Shown: positions 17,995 to 28,758 of the stretch, piece after piece
Layout: each line of letters begins with the position of its first letter
Position numbering within the stretch: position 1 is the first letter of the stretch
DNA from: an uncultured bacterium
Lineage (GTDB): Bacteria > Zixibacteria > MSB-5A5 > CAIYYT01
Reading direction: 5' to 3'
DNA length: 64,000 nucleotides
Assembly: GCA_963726455.1 (NCBI GenBank)
Contig: CAVSCK010000004.1
Span: forward strand, 32,001-96,000
Translations under genes and position numbers: made by a program
Notes under the pieces: model-generated
Told to the model about the DNA's origin: nothing
Seen by the model: only the letters and a program-made list of their open reading frames with translations
The model's database searches: none

Positions 17995-20121
17995 ATGCAG
18001 AGAATCGCAATCCTCTGGGTGTGGGCAACTCTAATCCTGGCTGCCGTCGCCACAGCTAGTCTCATGGCCTCAGCCAATAAGATCACCTATCCTTCGACGC
18101 GCACGGTCAATGTAATCGACACACTCCACGGTGTGCCGGTTGCTGATCCGTATCGCTGGCTGGAACCGAGCGACAGCCCCGAGGTGGGCAAGTGGACGGA
18201 CCAGGAAAACGCTTTGACGCGCAGTCTGTTGGATGCACAGCCGTCGCGTGAAAAGATCAAGGAACGCATTAAGGAGTTGTGGGACTACCCGCGTACATCT
18301 GCTCCCGCCAGGTATGGCAAGCGGTATTTCTTCTCCAAGAATAGCGGCCTACAGAACCAGGCAGTGCTCTATGTCAGGGACGGCCTTGACGGCGAACCAA
18401 AAGTGCTGATTGACCCGAACACTTTTTCCACCGACGGCACATTGGCGATGGATTGGAAATACATCTCGTACGACGGTTCCATGATCGCCTATGGAGTTTC
18501 GGCGTCCGGTTCGGAAGATGCAACTCTCAGAGTCATGAATGTGAATACAGGCGAGGTTTTGCCACTGGAGATCACGCGCTGCAAATACGCATCCGTTGCC
18601 TGGGAGAAGGATAACAGCGGATTTTTCTACACGCGTTTGCCCATATTGGGCACCGTTGCGTCGGGAGATGAGAATTATCATCAGCGCTTGTATTATCACA
18701 AGATGGGGACTGAGCTGTCGGCGGATTCGCTGGTCTACGAGCGTCCTGAACAGAAGGAGCTGGGAATCGGCGTGGGGATGTCGGAGGACTATCGCTATTT
18801 GATCATTCAAGTTTACGCCGGTACCGGTCAGACGAACGAAGTCTATTATATGGACCTGACCAAGCGAGATGGCATTCAGCCGATAGTCACCGGTTTCAAG
18901 AGTTCCTATACTTGTCAGATTGCTGACGACAAGATCTACATCCACACGCGGGAGAATGCGCCCAACTTCAAGGTGATGGTCGCCGACATGAGCGATCCGC
19001 GCCAGGGGAACTGGAAAGAACTGATACCTGAAGGAGCGGACGCGTTGCAGGATGTGCGACTGATCAATCATAGTCTGGTATTGCAGTATCTCCACAACGC
19101 CTACTCAATTCTCAGAGTGCACGGACTCGACGGCAAACAGATTTCGGAAATACCACTTCCGACCATGGGCGACGTCAGCGGTGTGTCAGGCAGATGGGAC
19201 GATCCGCTGATGTTCTTCGGATTCAGTTCGTTTGCCTATGCGCCAACCATCATGAAGTATGACATGCGTGATGGAAAACCGGTCATCTACGAGCAGTCGC
19301 CGGTGAAGTTCGATCCGGAGTTGTATGAGACCAAGCAAGTGTGGTATCCCTCGAAAGACGGCACCAAGATTTCAATGTTCATTATCAGCAAGAAGGGACT
19401 GAAGCTTGACGGCAACAATCCGACGCTGCTCTATGGATATGGCGGGTTTTCGATAAACATGACACCATACTTCAGCGCCACTCTGTTGCTGTGGCTCGAT
19501 CACGGTGGTGTCTACGCCCTGACGAATTTGCGGGGTGGAAACGAATACGGCGAGAATTGGCACCAGGCAGGAATGCTCGCCAAGAAGCAGAACGTGTTCG
19601 ATGACTTTATAGCCGCGGCGGAGTGGTTAATTGCCAACAAATATACCAGCAAGGAAAAGCTTGCCATCGAAGGCGCCAGCAATGGTGGCCTTTTGGTGGG
19701 CGCCGTTATGGTGCAGCGTCCCGATCTGTTCAAGGCGGTGATCTGTGATGTGCCGTTGCTCGACATGATTCGCTATCAACTGTTCTTGATCGCCCGCTTC
19801 TGGGTGCCGGAATATGGCTCTTCAGAAGATTCCAGCCAACTCAAGTATTTGCTGGCGTACTCACCTTACCACAACATCAAGAAGGGCGTGTCCTATCCGG
19901 CGACGCTGATCAAGGCAGGGGAATCCGATGGCCGGGTTGATCCAGCGCATGCCCGCAAATTTGCAGCGGCTCTGCAGTCAGCCAACGGAGGCACAAACCC
20001 CGCTCTGCTATTAATTGAACGCAAAGCCGGACATGGACAGGGCAAGCCGATCGGGATGCAGATGGACGACGTAGCCGACACCTGGAGTTTCCTGTTCTGG
20101 CAACTGGGAATGCAGTTCTAG
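17995..20121 (+). CDS. Prolyl oligopeptidase (S9A), secreted
   Basis: DPYRWLE, YGYGGF, RGG.EYG..WH, GASNGGLL (catalytic Ser), D.RV and AGHG motifs. Confidence 0.96.
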   Translation: MQRIAILWVWATLILAAVATASLMASANKITYPSTRTVNVIDTLHGVPVADPYRWLEPSDSPEVGKWTDQENALTRSLLDAQPSREKIKERIKELWDYPRTSAPARYGKRYFFSKNSGLQNQAVLYVRDGLDGEPKVLIDPNTFSTDGTLAMDWKYISYDGSMIAYGVSASGSEDATLRVMNVNTGEVLPLEITRCKYASVAWEKDNSGFFYTRLPILGTVASGDENYHQRLYYHKMGTELSADSLVYERPEQKELGIGVGMSEDYRYLIIQVYAGTGQTNEVYYMDLTKRDGIQPIVTGFKSSYTCQIADDKIYIHTRENAPNFKVMVADMSDPRQGNWKELIPEGADALQDVRLINHSLVLQYLHNAYSILRVHGLDGKQISEIPLPTMGDVSGVSGRWDDPLMFFGFSSFAYAPTIMKYDMRDGKPVIYEQSPVKFDPELYETKQVWYPSKDGTKISMFIISKKGLKLDGNNPTLLYGYGGFSINMTPYFSATLLLWLDHGGVYALTNLRGGNEYGENWHQAGMLAKKQNVFDDFIAAAEWLIANKYTSKEKLAIEGASNGGLLVGAVMVQRPDLFKAVICDVPLLDMIRYQLFLIARFWVPEYGSSEDSSQLKYLLAYSPYHNIKKGVSYPATLIKAGESDGRVDPAHARKFAAALQSANGGTNPALLLIERKAGHGQGKPIGMQMDDVADTWSFLFWQLGMQF

Positions 20122-20245
20122 TAGCTGCAATTCTCAGGTCATCAGAGGAATTTTCACGGAATTGCCTCCCACAAATCAGCGCGGGCACCGACCCCACCCT
20201 AAGCCGTTGCCTGCGCTATAGTACCATGAAGCCAAAAAGAGAAAG

Positions 20246-20524
20246 CTAGAAATTGACCGGCAGGTCGTATTCGGCCGCAAGCAATCTCGCCTTCGAGATT
20301 TCGATAAACGGATTGTCGCTTATCTTGGTCACGTACAGTTGTTCGTTTGCGGACATGCTGATCAGCGGCGAACGACCAATCTTGATGCCATCTTCTGGAA
20401 CGCGGAGCAGATGCCCGCTCCAATTGCACACGTACGTCCCGGGCTCGTTTATGGAATGGAACAGCGTCTGAGTGCCAAATCCCCTCGTTCCTTGCTGGAC
20501 ATCACCGGGTGTTTCCATCGACAT
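20246..20524 (-). CDS. Hypothetical protein (92 aa), candidate sigma54 target
   Basis: GGAG RBS before ATG 20524; INEPGTYVCNWSGHLLRVPED...TKISDNPFI...AR..AA..DL.VNF reads like a compact conserved domain. Confidence 0.75.
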   Translation of the reverse strand: MSMETPGDVQQGTRGFGTQTLFHSINEPGTYVCNWSGHLLRVPEDGIKIGRSPLISMSANEQLYVTKISDNPFIEISKARLLAAEYDLPVNF

Positions 20525-20602
20525 AACAACTTCTCCTTGTTGGTGAAGACCTACTTCGGCTCCATGACCACATGGAACCTCTTTCTTACGTTTAGTTGTT
20601 AA

Positions 20603-20618
20603 TGCAAGCTGCGTGCCG
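20603..20618 (-). promoter_or_regulatory. Sigma54 (-24/-12) promoter
   Basis: CGGCAC-GCAGC-TTGCA with exact GG-N10-GC spacing, about 80 bp upstream of the small gene and just downstream of an NtrC-type activator gene. Confidence 0.75.
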
Positions 20619-20808
20619 AGGCTCACAATACTGGACAGACTCTGAAAAGAAGCTGTCTCGACAACGATTCCCCTTGGGGCACACACGATTGCGAAGCCAT
20701 GTTGATGTCGTAGTCGGTCTCGCTTCGCCGAGCAGTTGCCATCAAGTTCGAATTTTCACGAGGCAGAAATCCACATGGGGCGGATCACCACGCCACAACC
20801 GGAGGTTT

Positions 20809-22170
20809 TCAGCTCTTGGGTAGGTACTTGTCGAGTTTGCGATAGAGGGTCTTGCGGTCAAAGCCAAGGATGCGGCTGGCCAGGGTTTTGTTTCCCTGCA
20901 CCGAATCCATAACCCGCAGGACATACCGGCGTTCAACTTCTTCCATGGACACCAACTCGGAGGGATTGCTGCTAGCCAACAATACGTCGGAAGAATGGTA
21001 CGATCTGATTTTGCTGGGCAGATCTTCGACGGTAAGCAGGTTGTACTGCGTCATTGCGACTGCACGCTCGATGCAGTTCTGCAGTTCCCGCACATTTCCC
21101 GGCCAGGTATAGGATTGCAGCTTCTCGGCGGCGCCGCCGGACAGGCCCTCGATGTTCTTGCCCATCTTCTGTCCGAAATGCTTGATAAAATACTGTGCCA
21201 GCAACAGAACATCGATTCCGCGGGCGCGCAGGGGCGGAACTTCGATGGAGATTACGTTGATACGAAAGAACAGATCGCCGCGAAAACGTCCTTCCTCGAC
21301 GGCGCTTTCCAAATCGCAATTGGTCGCAGCGATGATTCTCGCATCGAATTCGATTTCGGAGTTGTCGCCGACGGGACGTACACGGCGTTCTTGCAGTGCC
21401 CTCAGCAATTTGGGCTGCAATCCAAACGGCATATTGCCAATTTCATCGAGGAAGAGCGTCCCTCCATCGGCCTGTTGGAAGAGACCCTTGTGTTCGAGTT
21501 TGGCATCGGTGAAGGCGCCTTTGGCGTGCCCGAACAACTCGCTTTCCAGAAGCGGCTCCGGCATGGCTGCGCAGTTTATGGCGATAAACGGGCGATTGCC
21601 ACGACGACTGCGTTTATGCAGCGCCCGGGCGACCAATTCCTTGCCGGTACCGGTCTCGCCGGTGATCAGGACGGATGTCTCCGTGTCCGCAACATGTTCG
21701 ATCATATCATAGAGCCGTTTCATGCCGGCGCTGTCGCCGATGATTTCATCCGGCCGACGGGCGGCTTCCACGGCCAGACGCAAGCGTTTCACCTCGGATG
21801 AGAGTACCCGGTGCTGGACGGCGCGATCGAGAGCCAGGGCGAGTTCCTCAATTTCGAATGGCTTGGTGATGAAATCGTAGGCGCCGGCGCGTATCGAGGC
21901 CACGGCGGTATCGAAGTTGCCGAAGGCCGTAATAACCACCACCGGCACATCGCGCCGATTGGACATAATGCGTTCGCAGAAAGTGATGCCGTTTGTACCC
22001 GGCATATTCAAGTCTGTAACTACAGCGTCGAAATTGTCGCGTTCCAAGACAGAAAATGCTTCTTCGACATTCGTGCGCCAGCAGGTGCTGAACTCGCGCT
22101 TCTTCAGCCCGAGGTCAAGAATCTCGCACATGTCACGATCATCGTCGCAAATCAGAACATTACCCCTCAT
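20809..22170 (-). CDS. Sigma54-dependent response regulator (NtrC/AtoC family)
   Basis: REC domain, GETGTGKE, ESELFGH.KGAFTDA, LFLDEIG, WPGNVREL and a Fis-type HTH. Confidence 0.96.
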   Translation of the reverse strand: MRGNVLICDDDRDMCEILDLGLKKREFSTCWRTNVEEAFSVLERDNFDAVVTDLNMPGTNGITFCERIMSNRRDVPVVVITAFGNFDTAVASIRAGAYDFITKPFEIEELALALDRAVQHRVLSSEVKRLRLAVEAARRPDEIIGDSAGMKRLYDMIEHVADTETSVLITGETGTGKELVARALHKRSRRGNRPFIAINCAAMPEPLLESELFGHAKGAFTDAKLEHKGLFQQADGGTLFLDEIGNMPFGLQPKLLRALQERRVRPVGDNSEIEFDARIIAATNCDLESAVEEGRFRGDLFFRINVISIEVPPLRARGIDVLLLAQYFIKHFGQKMGKNIEGLSGGAAEKLQSYTWPGNVRELQNCIERAVAMTQYNLLTVEDLPSKIRSYHSSDVLLASSNPSELVSMEEVERRYVLRVMDSVQGNKTLASRILGFDRKTLYRKLDKYLPKS

Positions 22171-23621
22171 ACCTGTGACTCCTGAGGAAGAAAGACCGTG
22201 AAGGTAGTGCCGACGCCAAGCCGGCTCTCGACATCAATCCAACCGCTATGCTCGTGCACGATGTCCTCTGAAATCGAAAGTCCAAGACCGGTTCCGCCTT
22301 CATTGCCTTTGGTCGTGAAGAAAGGATTGAACAACCGTTTGAGGTTCTCCTCCGAGATACCTATTCCTTCGTCTCTTACATATACGCAAGCGAAGCGCGT
22401 GGCGAGACTGCGATTACCGGACGGAGGCGCCGATTCTTCGCGGCAGATGCCGACGTTGATTTTGCCCCCCTCGGGCATCGCCTCGATAGCATTGATTATC
22501 AGGTTGGAAAGCACTTGTTGAATCTGGTCGGTGTCAACGTCCACCATAGCAGGGTCATCGCCCGGGTTGAATTGAATGTTTATGCCCCGACTCTGCGCCA
22601 GCGGGCTGAGCACCGAAACGACTTCCCGAACCACGGTGGTCAAATCGATTCTCATAACTTTGGGAGCGCGGCGCCGGGCCGAGTTCAAGAGCTGTCCGAT
22701 TATGGACGTCATGCGACTCGCCTGATTGATAATCACCCGGTTGCTTTCACAAGCTTCCTCGCCCTCAATTTCCCCGTTGGCAATCATCTTGGAACGTGCC
22801 AGAATGACATTGAGAGGTGTCCCCAACTCGTGGGCAATCACCGAGGCAAGTTTGCCGATTGTTGTCAGACGATTAACGTGCCGTAGCTGCGCGATCGTCA
22901 TCTGGTGAGCGGACGTTTCTTCCTCAACACGCTGATAGGCGCTCGCAAGCTGATTGCTCATCTTCCTCAACTCCACAGCGAGTTCACCGAATTCGTCGTT
23001 ACTCGATATGGCGATATCGCTGGAAAGGTTTCCGACCGCGACTTGCCGCGCCTTGGAGATAAGAGTCTTGACCGGTCGGCCGACCATCCAGGTGCTGAGC
23101 AGCATGGCGATTATCCCTGACACGATACCGACAAGAATCATAGCCACCAGCGTGATGTAGGTGCTGGTGCGAATGACATGCGCCTCTTCGAGCGGAGATT
23201 CGGCAAGTTCTATCGTGCCCAGATGCCTGCCGTCCAGAACCACGGGAACGCGGGTAAACAGCCGTTGAATGGCGCTGTCCGATCGCATTGGCCATGGAAT
23301 CCCGAGGCCGGGCACTTCAGTATGGCTTGCGTTTTCAGAACTGCTGTCGCCGGCGATGGACGGGCTTGGCACCCACAGAATCGTCACTCGGTCACTGTTC
23401 CTGGATATTTGGTCGAAGAACGATCGGACACCCGCCTCACCCGAGAGTTGCCATACAGTCTCTACTGCGGTCGCCAATTGCTGGCCTATCAGGGTATTAT
23501 CACGGACGATGTCGGCGCGCAGGAAGGTCTGTTCGTGTTCAATCGCAAGAAAAGCAGCCAGACCGCAAATGATCCACATTCCCGCCACAATCACAACTGC
23601 AAATCGATACGCTAGCTTCAT
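22167..23621 (-). CDS. HAMP-domain sensor histidine kinase
   Basis: Two TM segments, HAMP, IAHELGTPLN, N.I.NA, D.G.GI, F.PFFTTK and GTGLGL; overlaps the regulator by 4 bp. Confidence 0.95.
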   Translation of the reverse strand: MKLAYRFAVVIVAGMWIICGLAAFLAIEHEQTFLRADIVRDNTLIGQQLATAVETVWQLSGEAGVRSFFDQISRNSDRVTILWVPSPSIAGDSSSENASHTEVPGLGIPWPMRSDSAIQRLFTRVPVVLDGRHLGTIELAESPLEEAHVIRTSTYITLVAMILVGIVSGIIAMLLSTWMVGRPVKTLISKARQVAVGNLSSDIAISSNDEFGELAVELRKMSNQLASAYQRVEEETSAHQMTIAQLRHVNRLTTIGKLASVIAHELGTPLNVILARSKMIANGEIEGEEACESNRVIINQASRMTSIIGQLLNSARRRAPKVMRIDLTTVVREVVSVLSPLAQSRGINIQFNPGDDPAMVDVDTDQIQQVLSNLIINAIEAMPEGGKINVGICREESAPPSGNRSLATRFACVYVRDEGIGISEENLKRLFNPFFTTKGNEGGTGLGLSISEDIVHEHSGWIDVESRLGVGTTFTVFLPQESQV

Positions 23622-23899
23622 GACACGCTGGTTTTCGAAGAGCCAAATGAATTACGTCAGCGAGCAACTTAATCTCGGACGCCGGAGTGAGAAAGACGAC
23701 GCCCATGCAATACGCGGACCCGAGCAGTTATGATTCCGCTGAAGCTCGGATTCCTTTACAATACGAATTGAGTCGGGTTTCCGATTGCTTCCTTGCTGCT
23801 GAGGTGCCGGTAGTGATCGCGGATGATTCTAGGAGAGAACCTCGACATCCGGAATCTATTACGGGGAAAACATGGGGTCTGCGGTTGAAGCAATTCAGG

Positions 23900-25489
23900 T
23901 TACCGGGCTTTCGCCCAAAGGCGGCGGTCTTCGACCCGCCGAAATATCGAGATCAGCGAGTCCGTCTCCCTATCCGACAGAAACATCCTCGCTCCTTTGG
24001 GATTTTCAGCGAACACGTCGACGGTTCGTACTAAGTAGTCGAAATAAGTCGCATCTTTCACAGCCCTAAATGCAGCGTTGTTGACCAGGCAGTCGAGATT
24101 CGTCACCGTGATACCTGAGTGGGGTAATGCGACCCAGGCAAGTGCGCCTGCATTGAAGGCGCCTACAACTGCCCCATCGGGATAAAGTAATGTGATCTCA
24201 TCGATTGTAGCACCCGGCCCCTTGTCAAGGCGCTCAGATCGGAAGGGCAGACGAAACAGAGCCAGAACGTAGAGTACCACGCAGAGCGCCACGATCGAGG
24301 CTGGGAACGTCCTTCTCAACACTGCCGGAAAGCGCGTATCTGCAACAAGCGACGGGAATGTCAATCCCATAATCATGCACAGGCAGGCCAGATAGGGTTG
24401 GCTATACCAGGTTGCATATGAACGGAACACGAAGCCCAGAATCAATGTGTGAACCAGCATTAAGAGAAGAAGCAAGGTCAGGAGATGTAGTCCGCCAGCG
24501 GTTCGTAGCCGATCAATGATATTTCGCTTCGCGAGAATGAAAGGTAACGCGATAGCGCCAATGGCCGACGCCGTCACAATAATTGACAACAAAGGTGATA
24601 TAAACTCTTCGCCCGAAATCCACCTCAATGGCCAAAACAGTGGGACAATGGCTGGATAAAATATCGTCTTGGCAATTCCTTGGGCACTCGACCAATCCAT
24701 CGGGAGCGAGCCATAGATGTTGCTGGCGTAAAACTTGACCTGTCCCGATACCTGAAGGGGGCTGCCGAATTTGGCCACATTCCAGATAAACCATGGTGCA
24801 GCAACCAAGAACGCTACAGTGCCTGCTATTGCTGCCTGTGACAGCTTACGGAAGAACCGTCCATGTCCTAATCCGTTGGTCAGCAGCAAAAATAACGGAA
24901 ACAGAGAACCCAGAATAACGAGGTTGTCAGTACGAGCCCAGCCGGCCGCTCCGATTGCGATGCCGACTAGAATGGCAGCAGTCCGGGATCGGCTCTCCGG
25001 CCCATCAACAGAGCGAATCACGAGTCGGAGGAATATCAGAGTCAGGAGCGTGCTCAGTGAGGCTTCAGTTCCTCTTAGAGAAACAAAGACCGTAAATGGT
25101 GAGACAAACCAGATTGCTGCGGCGACCAGCGCTTCACGCTTCATTCCGGCCGATTGAAGCATTTTGAAGATGATGATTCCCGAAAAGAGATCGAGGATGG
25201 CTGAAAGGGTCAATGCCATGCGCACCGGCGCCCAAATGTCGGCATTGACGATGCCGAACACCGGCACCAGAATCGCTGTCCAAAGTGGATGGTATCCGTT
25301 GGTAGCCGCGAGGCGATCAAACGTAGAGCCGAACCCGTGCGCTATATTGTCGGCGATTTTGAAGTAGTAATATGAATCGTCTGCAACCAGAGTTCCCTCG
25401 GCAAGACCTGTCCAAACGAAGTACAGGCGAAGCAAAATGCCGACTGCTCCTGCCAGCCAGAGTAACGACCTATCGTTCAATTGTCGCAT
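23900..25489 (-). CDS. Polytopic membrane glycosyltransferase (GT-C, ArnT/PMT-like)
   Basis: DDSYYY..IA.N...G.G.TFD...TNGYHPLW, G.E, R.D and PW..WN...FG motifs; many TM helices. Confidence 0.8.
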   Translation of the reverse strand: MRQLNDRSLLWLAGAVGILLRLYFVWTGLAEGTLVADDSYYYFKIADNIAHGFGSTFDRLAATNGYHPLWTAILVPVFGIVNADIWAPVRMALTLSAILDLFSGIIIFKMLQSAGMKREALVAAAIWFVSPFTVFVSLRGTEASLSTLLTLIFLRLVIRSVDGPESRSRTAAILVGIAIGAAGWARTDNLVILGSLFPLFLLLTNGLGHGRFFRKLSQAAIAGTVAFLVAAPWFIWNVAKFGSPLQVSGQVKFYASNIYGSLPMDWSSAQGIAKTIFYPAIVPLFWPLRWISGEEFISPLLSIIVTASAIGAIALPFILAKRNIIDRLRTAGGLHLLTLLLLLMLVHTLILGFVFRSYATWYSQPYLACLCMIMGLTFPSLVADTRFPAVLRRTFPASIVALCVVLYVLALFRLPFRSERLDKGPGATIDEITLLYPDGAVVGAFNAGALAWVALPHSGITVTNLDCLVNNAAFRAVKDATYFDYLVRTVDVFAENPKGARMFLSDRETDSLISIFRRVEDRRLWAKAR

Positions 25490-25681
25490 ATGTTACCTCA
25501 CCCTTTATCTTCTGCGAACGTATCGAACGATTCAATATAGTCCTACGAGAGCTGATTATCAAGACCATAATCGTGGAACCGGTGCGGTACGATAGCTGGC
25601 GAGATATCCATATGAAAAGACGGTTGGAGACGATCAGGCAGGCGATCGCATCCGCAGCTTAGAAAGTCCTACAAAAAAAGA

Positions 25682-25706
25682 GAGCGGGTGGCTTAGACCC
25701 GCTCTC
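25682..25706 (-). terminator. Intrinsic terminator after the scaffold-like gene
   Basis: GAGCGGGT...ACCCGCTC hairpin next to an A run on the + strand (U tract on -). Confidence 0.8.
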
Positions 25707-25731
25707 CGAATGATGTATCCGTGAAGTAGGA

Positions 25732-28311
25732 TTACTTCATCAAGACCATCTTCTTGGTGTCGGTGAATGAACCGGCAGTAACTTTATAGAAGTAGATACC
25801 GCTAGCAGCATTCGACGCATCCCAAGTGACCTCTACGTGGCCAATGTTCGTTCCGTTATAGCTCTGAACCAGCTGACCATTTACGTTGTAAATGTCAATC
25901 TTCCAGTCGGTGAGACTGGCAGATCCAATCCGATCTTGGTGGTCGGGTTGAACGGGTTCGGGATGTTCTGAGACAGCGAGAACTGTGTCGGAAGCGCGGT
26001 CTTCTCAACACGAGTATTCATCAGGTTACCGTAGTAATCGGAAACCTCGACGCTGTTCAGTTCGGCTCCAGTAACAGTCAGGAGCTCGTTAGTTCCGGCC
26101 GGAATGGCATTGCTCATGTTGGTCATACCAGAGTAGACCAGGACATTGAGCTTGTCACCAACCCGGTTGGACATGACTTCCATGTTGGTATGGTTGACAA
26201 CCGTGTAGTTACCCTTAACATCGAAGGTCAAGTACAGAGCGCCGATTGTCATCGGAGCTGCTGGTCGAAATCTTGTCGCCGAAAACGCTAATGTCAGCAT
26301 TAGCAGCTATACGGAGCAAGTTTCGCGTACGGAAGAGCATCACCAACGATGATTCTCAGCAAGTACACAAGTCACCAACCGACAACGGATTGCCATCGGC
26401 ATTAACGTCGGAAGCGGCAATCGCGCCTTGACGACCTAGCGGAGTTCGGTATCGGGAAGGCGGAGATGCCATACAGGAAGTACTTGGTGTACATAACCGC
26501 ATCAGCGATTTCGTTGGCGATACCGTTCAGGTTGATATCACCACGAGCATCAATCGAGTCGGCGCAGACGATATCAATACCACCGTCGTAGAAATCAACG
26601 ACAGTATCAGGATGAGTCTTCTGTGAAGGATCGATCATACAGTTGATCGCAGGAACGATTCCCTGCCATCCGCCGATACAGCGGATCGTGACCAGTAATG
26701 TCGCCTTCAGTATCGAAGCCCATCACCTGGCGAGCGATGAACAACGTGTCACCGGTGATCGACGAGAGGCCGTTGTCGCCGCAATCGAACCACGCGAAGT
26801 GGATCGGAACTTACATGCACTCAAAGGTACGGTCGTTGGTTACTAGGAATTTCAAAGTAGCCAAAGTACCATTGGTGACGTTCTGACCAAAGCAGGCCGC
26901 ATGGTGGGCACCGTTGTTCATGTCGGCAATAGCGTTCAAACGAACGAAGCCGGATGGACACGGACCACCGCAGTTGCCCTGTGCGCCAAAGCGGTAAGTG
27001 AAATACTCCCACTCGCACGTGGTCAGAATACTACCCATAGTAGCCTCGACAAAGGTCAGAGCTGATGCATCATAAGCGAGCAACAGGTCGTAACCGCCGA
27101 GACCTTCGGTCCAGTGCTTCAGGGTGATATCGACGAACTCATACTGTCCCTGGAGGGAAGCATGAGTCTTTTCGATCTCAACCTGGTAGGTCGGGGCAAC
27201 GTGAATATTGAACTGACAAGGAACAGTAGTGCAACCGTCAGTCACGTTGACAACAACCGTGAAGGTGCCGAGGTAGGAATCGTTTCCATACACCGTCGGC
27301 CAACTCCACACACCAGTAACCGGATCAATCGTAAACGTACCCGGGCCAGAGAAACTGACCAGGCTATACGCTAACGCTAATGGGCAATTGTCCGGATCGA
27401 CAGCAGTGACAGCGCCGTCCGCGGTCCAACCCCAGTATACGAACAATTCGGAACTGGGAGTCGGGCACTCGGTGAAGTGCGGTGCTGCAGAGGTCAAGCT
27501 GATTTCAAAATGGCACTGCGCAAATGCGCCGTACTCGTCAGTGACCTTGACATCGACTTCATGGAGACCGCAGATACCGGCAACTGCGGGCGGATCCCAT
27601 CTGTAAGCACCGGTAACGCCATCAATCTGGCCGGGACCAGTCACGATCGACCATGTGAGAGGAGCCACGCCGGTACGGCATGGCTGATCAGGATCAGTGG
27701 CCAGGAACGTCATAATTGACGATATCGCACGCATTATACAGCAACGCCTGAGTCGGGCAGTTGGTGATAGTCGGTGCGGTATTGAACACACGATAGGTAC
27801 CCGGAGTAACCGTTACCTGCGCTTCAGCAGCGCTCGTGTTGACAAACATCGTCTTGGCAATCACTGGATCCGGATCAATCATCCAATCACCGCCGTCTTC
27901 CATAACGAAAGCGCCGGTGTCACAGGACGTCGAAACCGTAAACGTAAAATTGTAAGTACCGGGAGCCATAATTACTGGCGTGCCACAGGCAAACCCGTAA
28001 ACACGGGTGGTATCTTCGGAGCCATTTCTAACCTTGGTGGTGTTAGCAACAGCGCCGGCTACCGCCGACACGTTAACTCCGGTAATGGTGCCAAAAGCGT
28101 TGGTGACGGTCGATCTGACTTTCGTCATCAGGTCGAAGGCCGCAATCTGCTCGTTGGTCACTACCTGAGCGGTAATTGTCTGACCGGTCTTATTATACGG
28201 AAAACTTGCATTTTGGTAAGTTACCGTTACAGCCGCGAATATTGAGCTAAACGAGAACAGAAGCATTGTGAACGTCAGCAAATAAAGTAACGAACGATCT
28301 TTTTGCCTCAT
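25732..28311 (-). pseudogene. Large secreted protein (Ig/cadherin-like repeats, cohesin-like, dockerin-like, T9SS/FlgD CTD), disrupted as assembled
   Basis: ORFs 27694-28311, 26811-27791, 26402-26638 and 25881-26300 join into one protein: signal peptide, GGYDLLLAYDASALTF (cohesin-like), RGDINLNG..NEIADAV (dockerin-like), QN.PNPFNP...ASGIYFY...KKMVLMK. About eight indels or stops. Confidence 0.8.
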
Positions 28312-28600
28312 TACTATGCTCCTTAAAGTTTCAAACTGTTTCGAATCAGGAAAGCCACTTTCGATATTGTTTCACTTTTCCACCCTCGCTTACGTTCTCG
28401 AAAATGACTTCTTCCAAAGTCTTGCATCTCGCCGATCCCTCATAAGGACGGGCAACATGCGTTTTCAAATCACGTTGGAAATTTTTATGTAAGGGGTGTG
28501 CTGACTACAATAATGTGCTTACGCAACTAGTCAGAACCTGGCTCTTGTGAAGGATAAAGAAACTAAAACTTACTTGTACGACAAAACCCTAGACAGCCCC

Positions 28601-28628
28601 AATGTAAGCGATGGGGGAAAAATGTCAA
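28601..28628 (-). promoter_or_regulatory. Putative sigma70 promoter giving a ~280-nt leader
   Basis: TTGACA-N16-TACATT on the - strand, upstream of ATG 28311 (TAAGGAG RBS). Confidence 0.5.
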
Positions 28629-28663
28629 GCGTATTCTTACGATTTCCCGGTACTTTTTGTCAA

Positions 28664-28758
28664 CTGACGCGGCGCCACCGGCCTCCCTGGGGTTATCACT
28701 CCTAAAGTCCGGCTACGAGAGTCTTGAAATCCTCGCCAACAAAATGCGTCGCCGTCTC
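28664..28758. ncRNA. Putative unclassified structured RNA (~95 nt)
   Basis: GC-rich island in an AT-rich intergenic region. A closing stem GACG..GC/GCG..CGTC encloses two hairpins, CCGG..GGGGT-TATC-ACTCC..CCGG and CGAG..CTCG. Confidence 0.35.
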
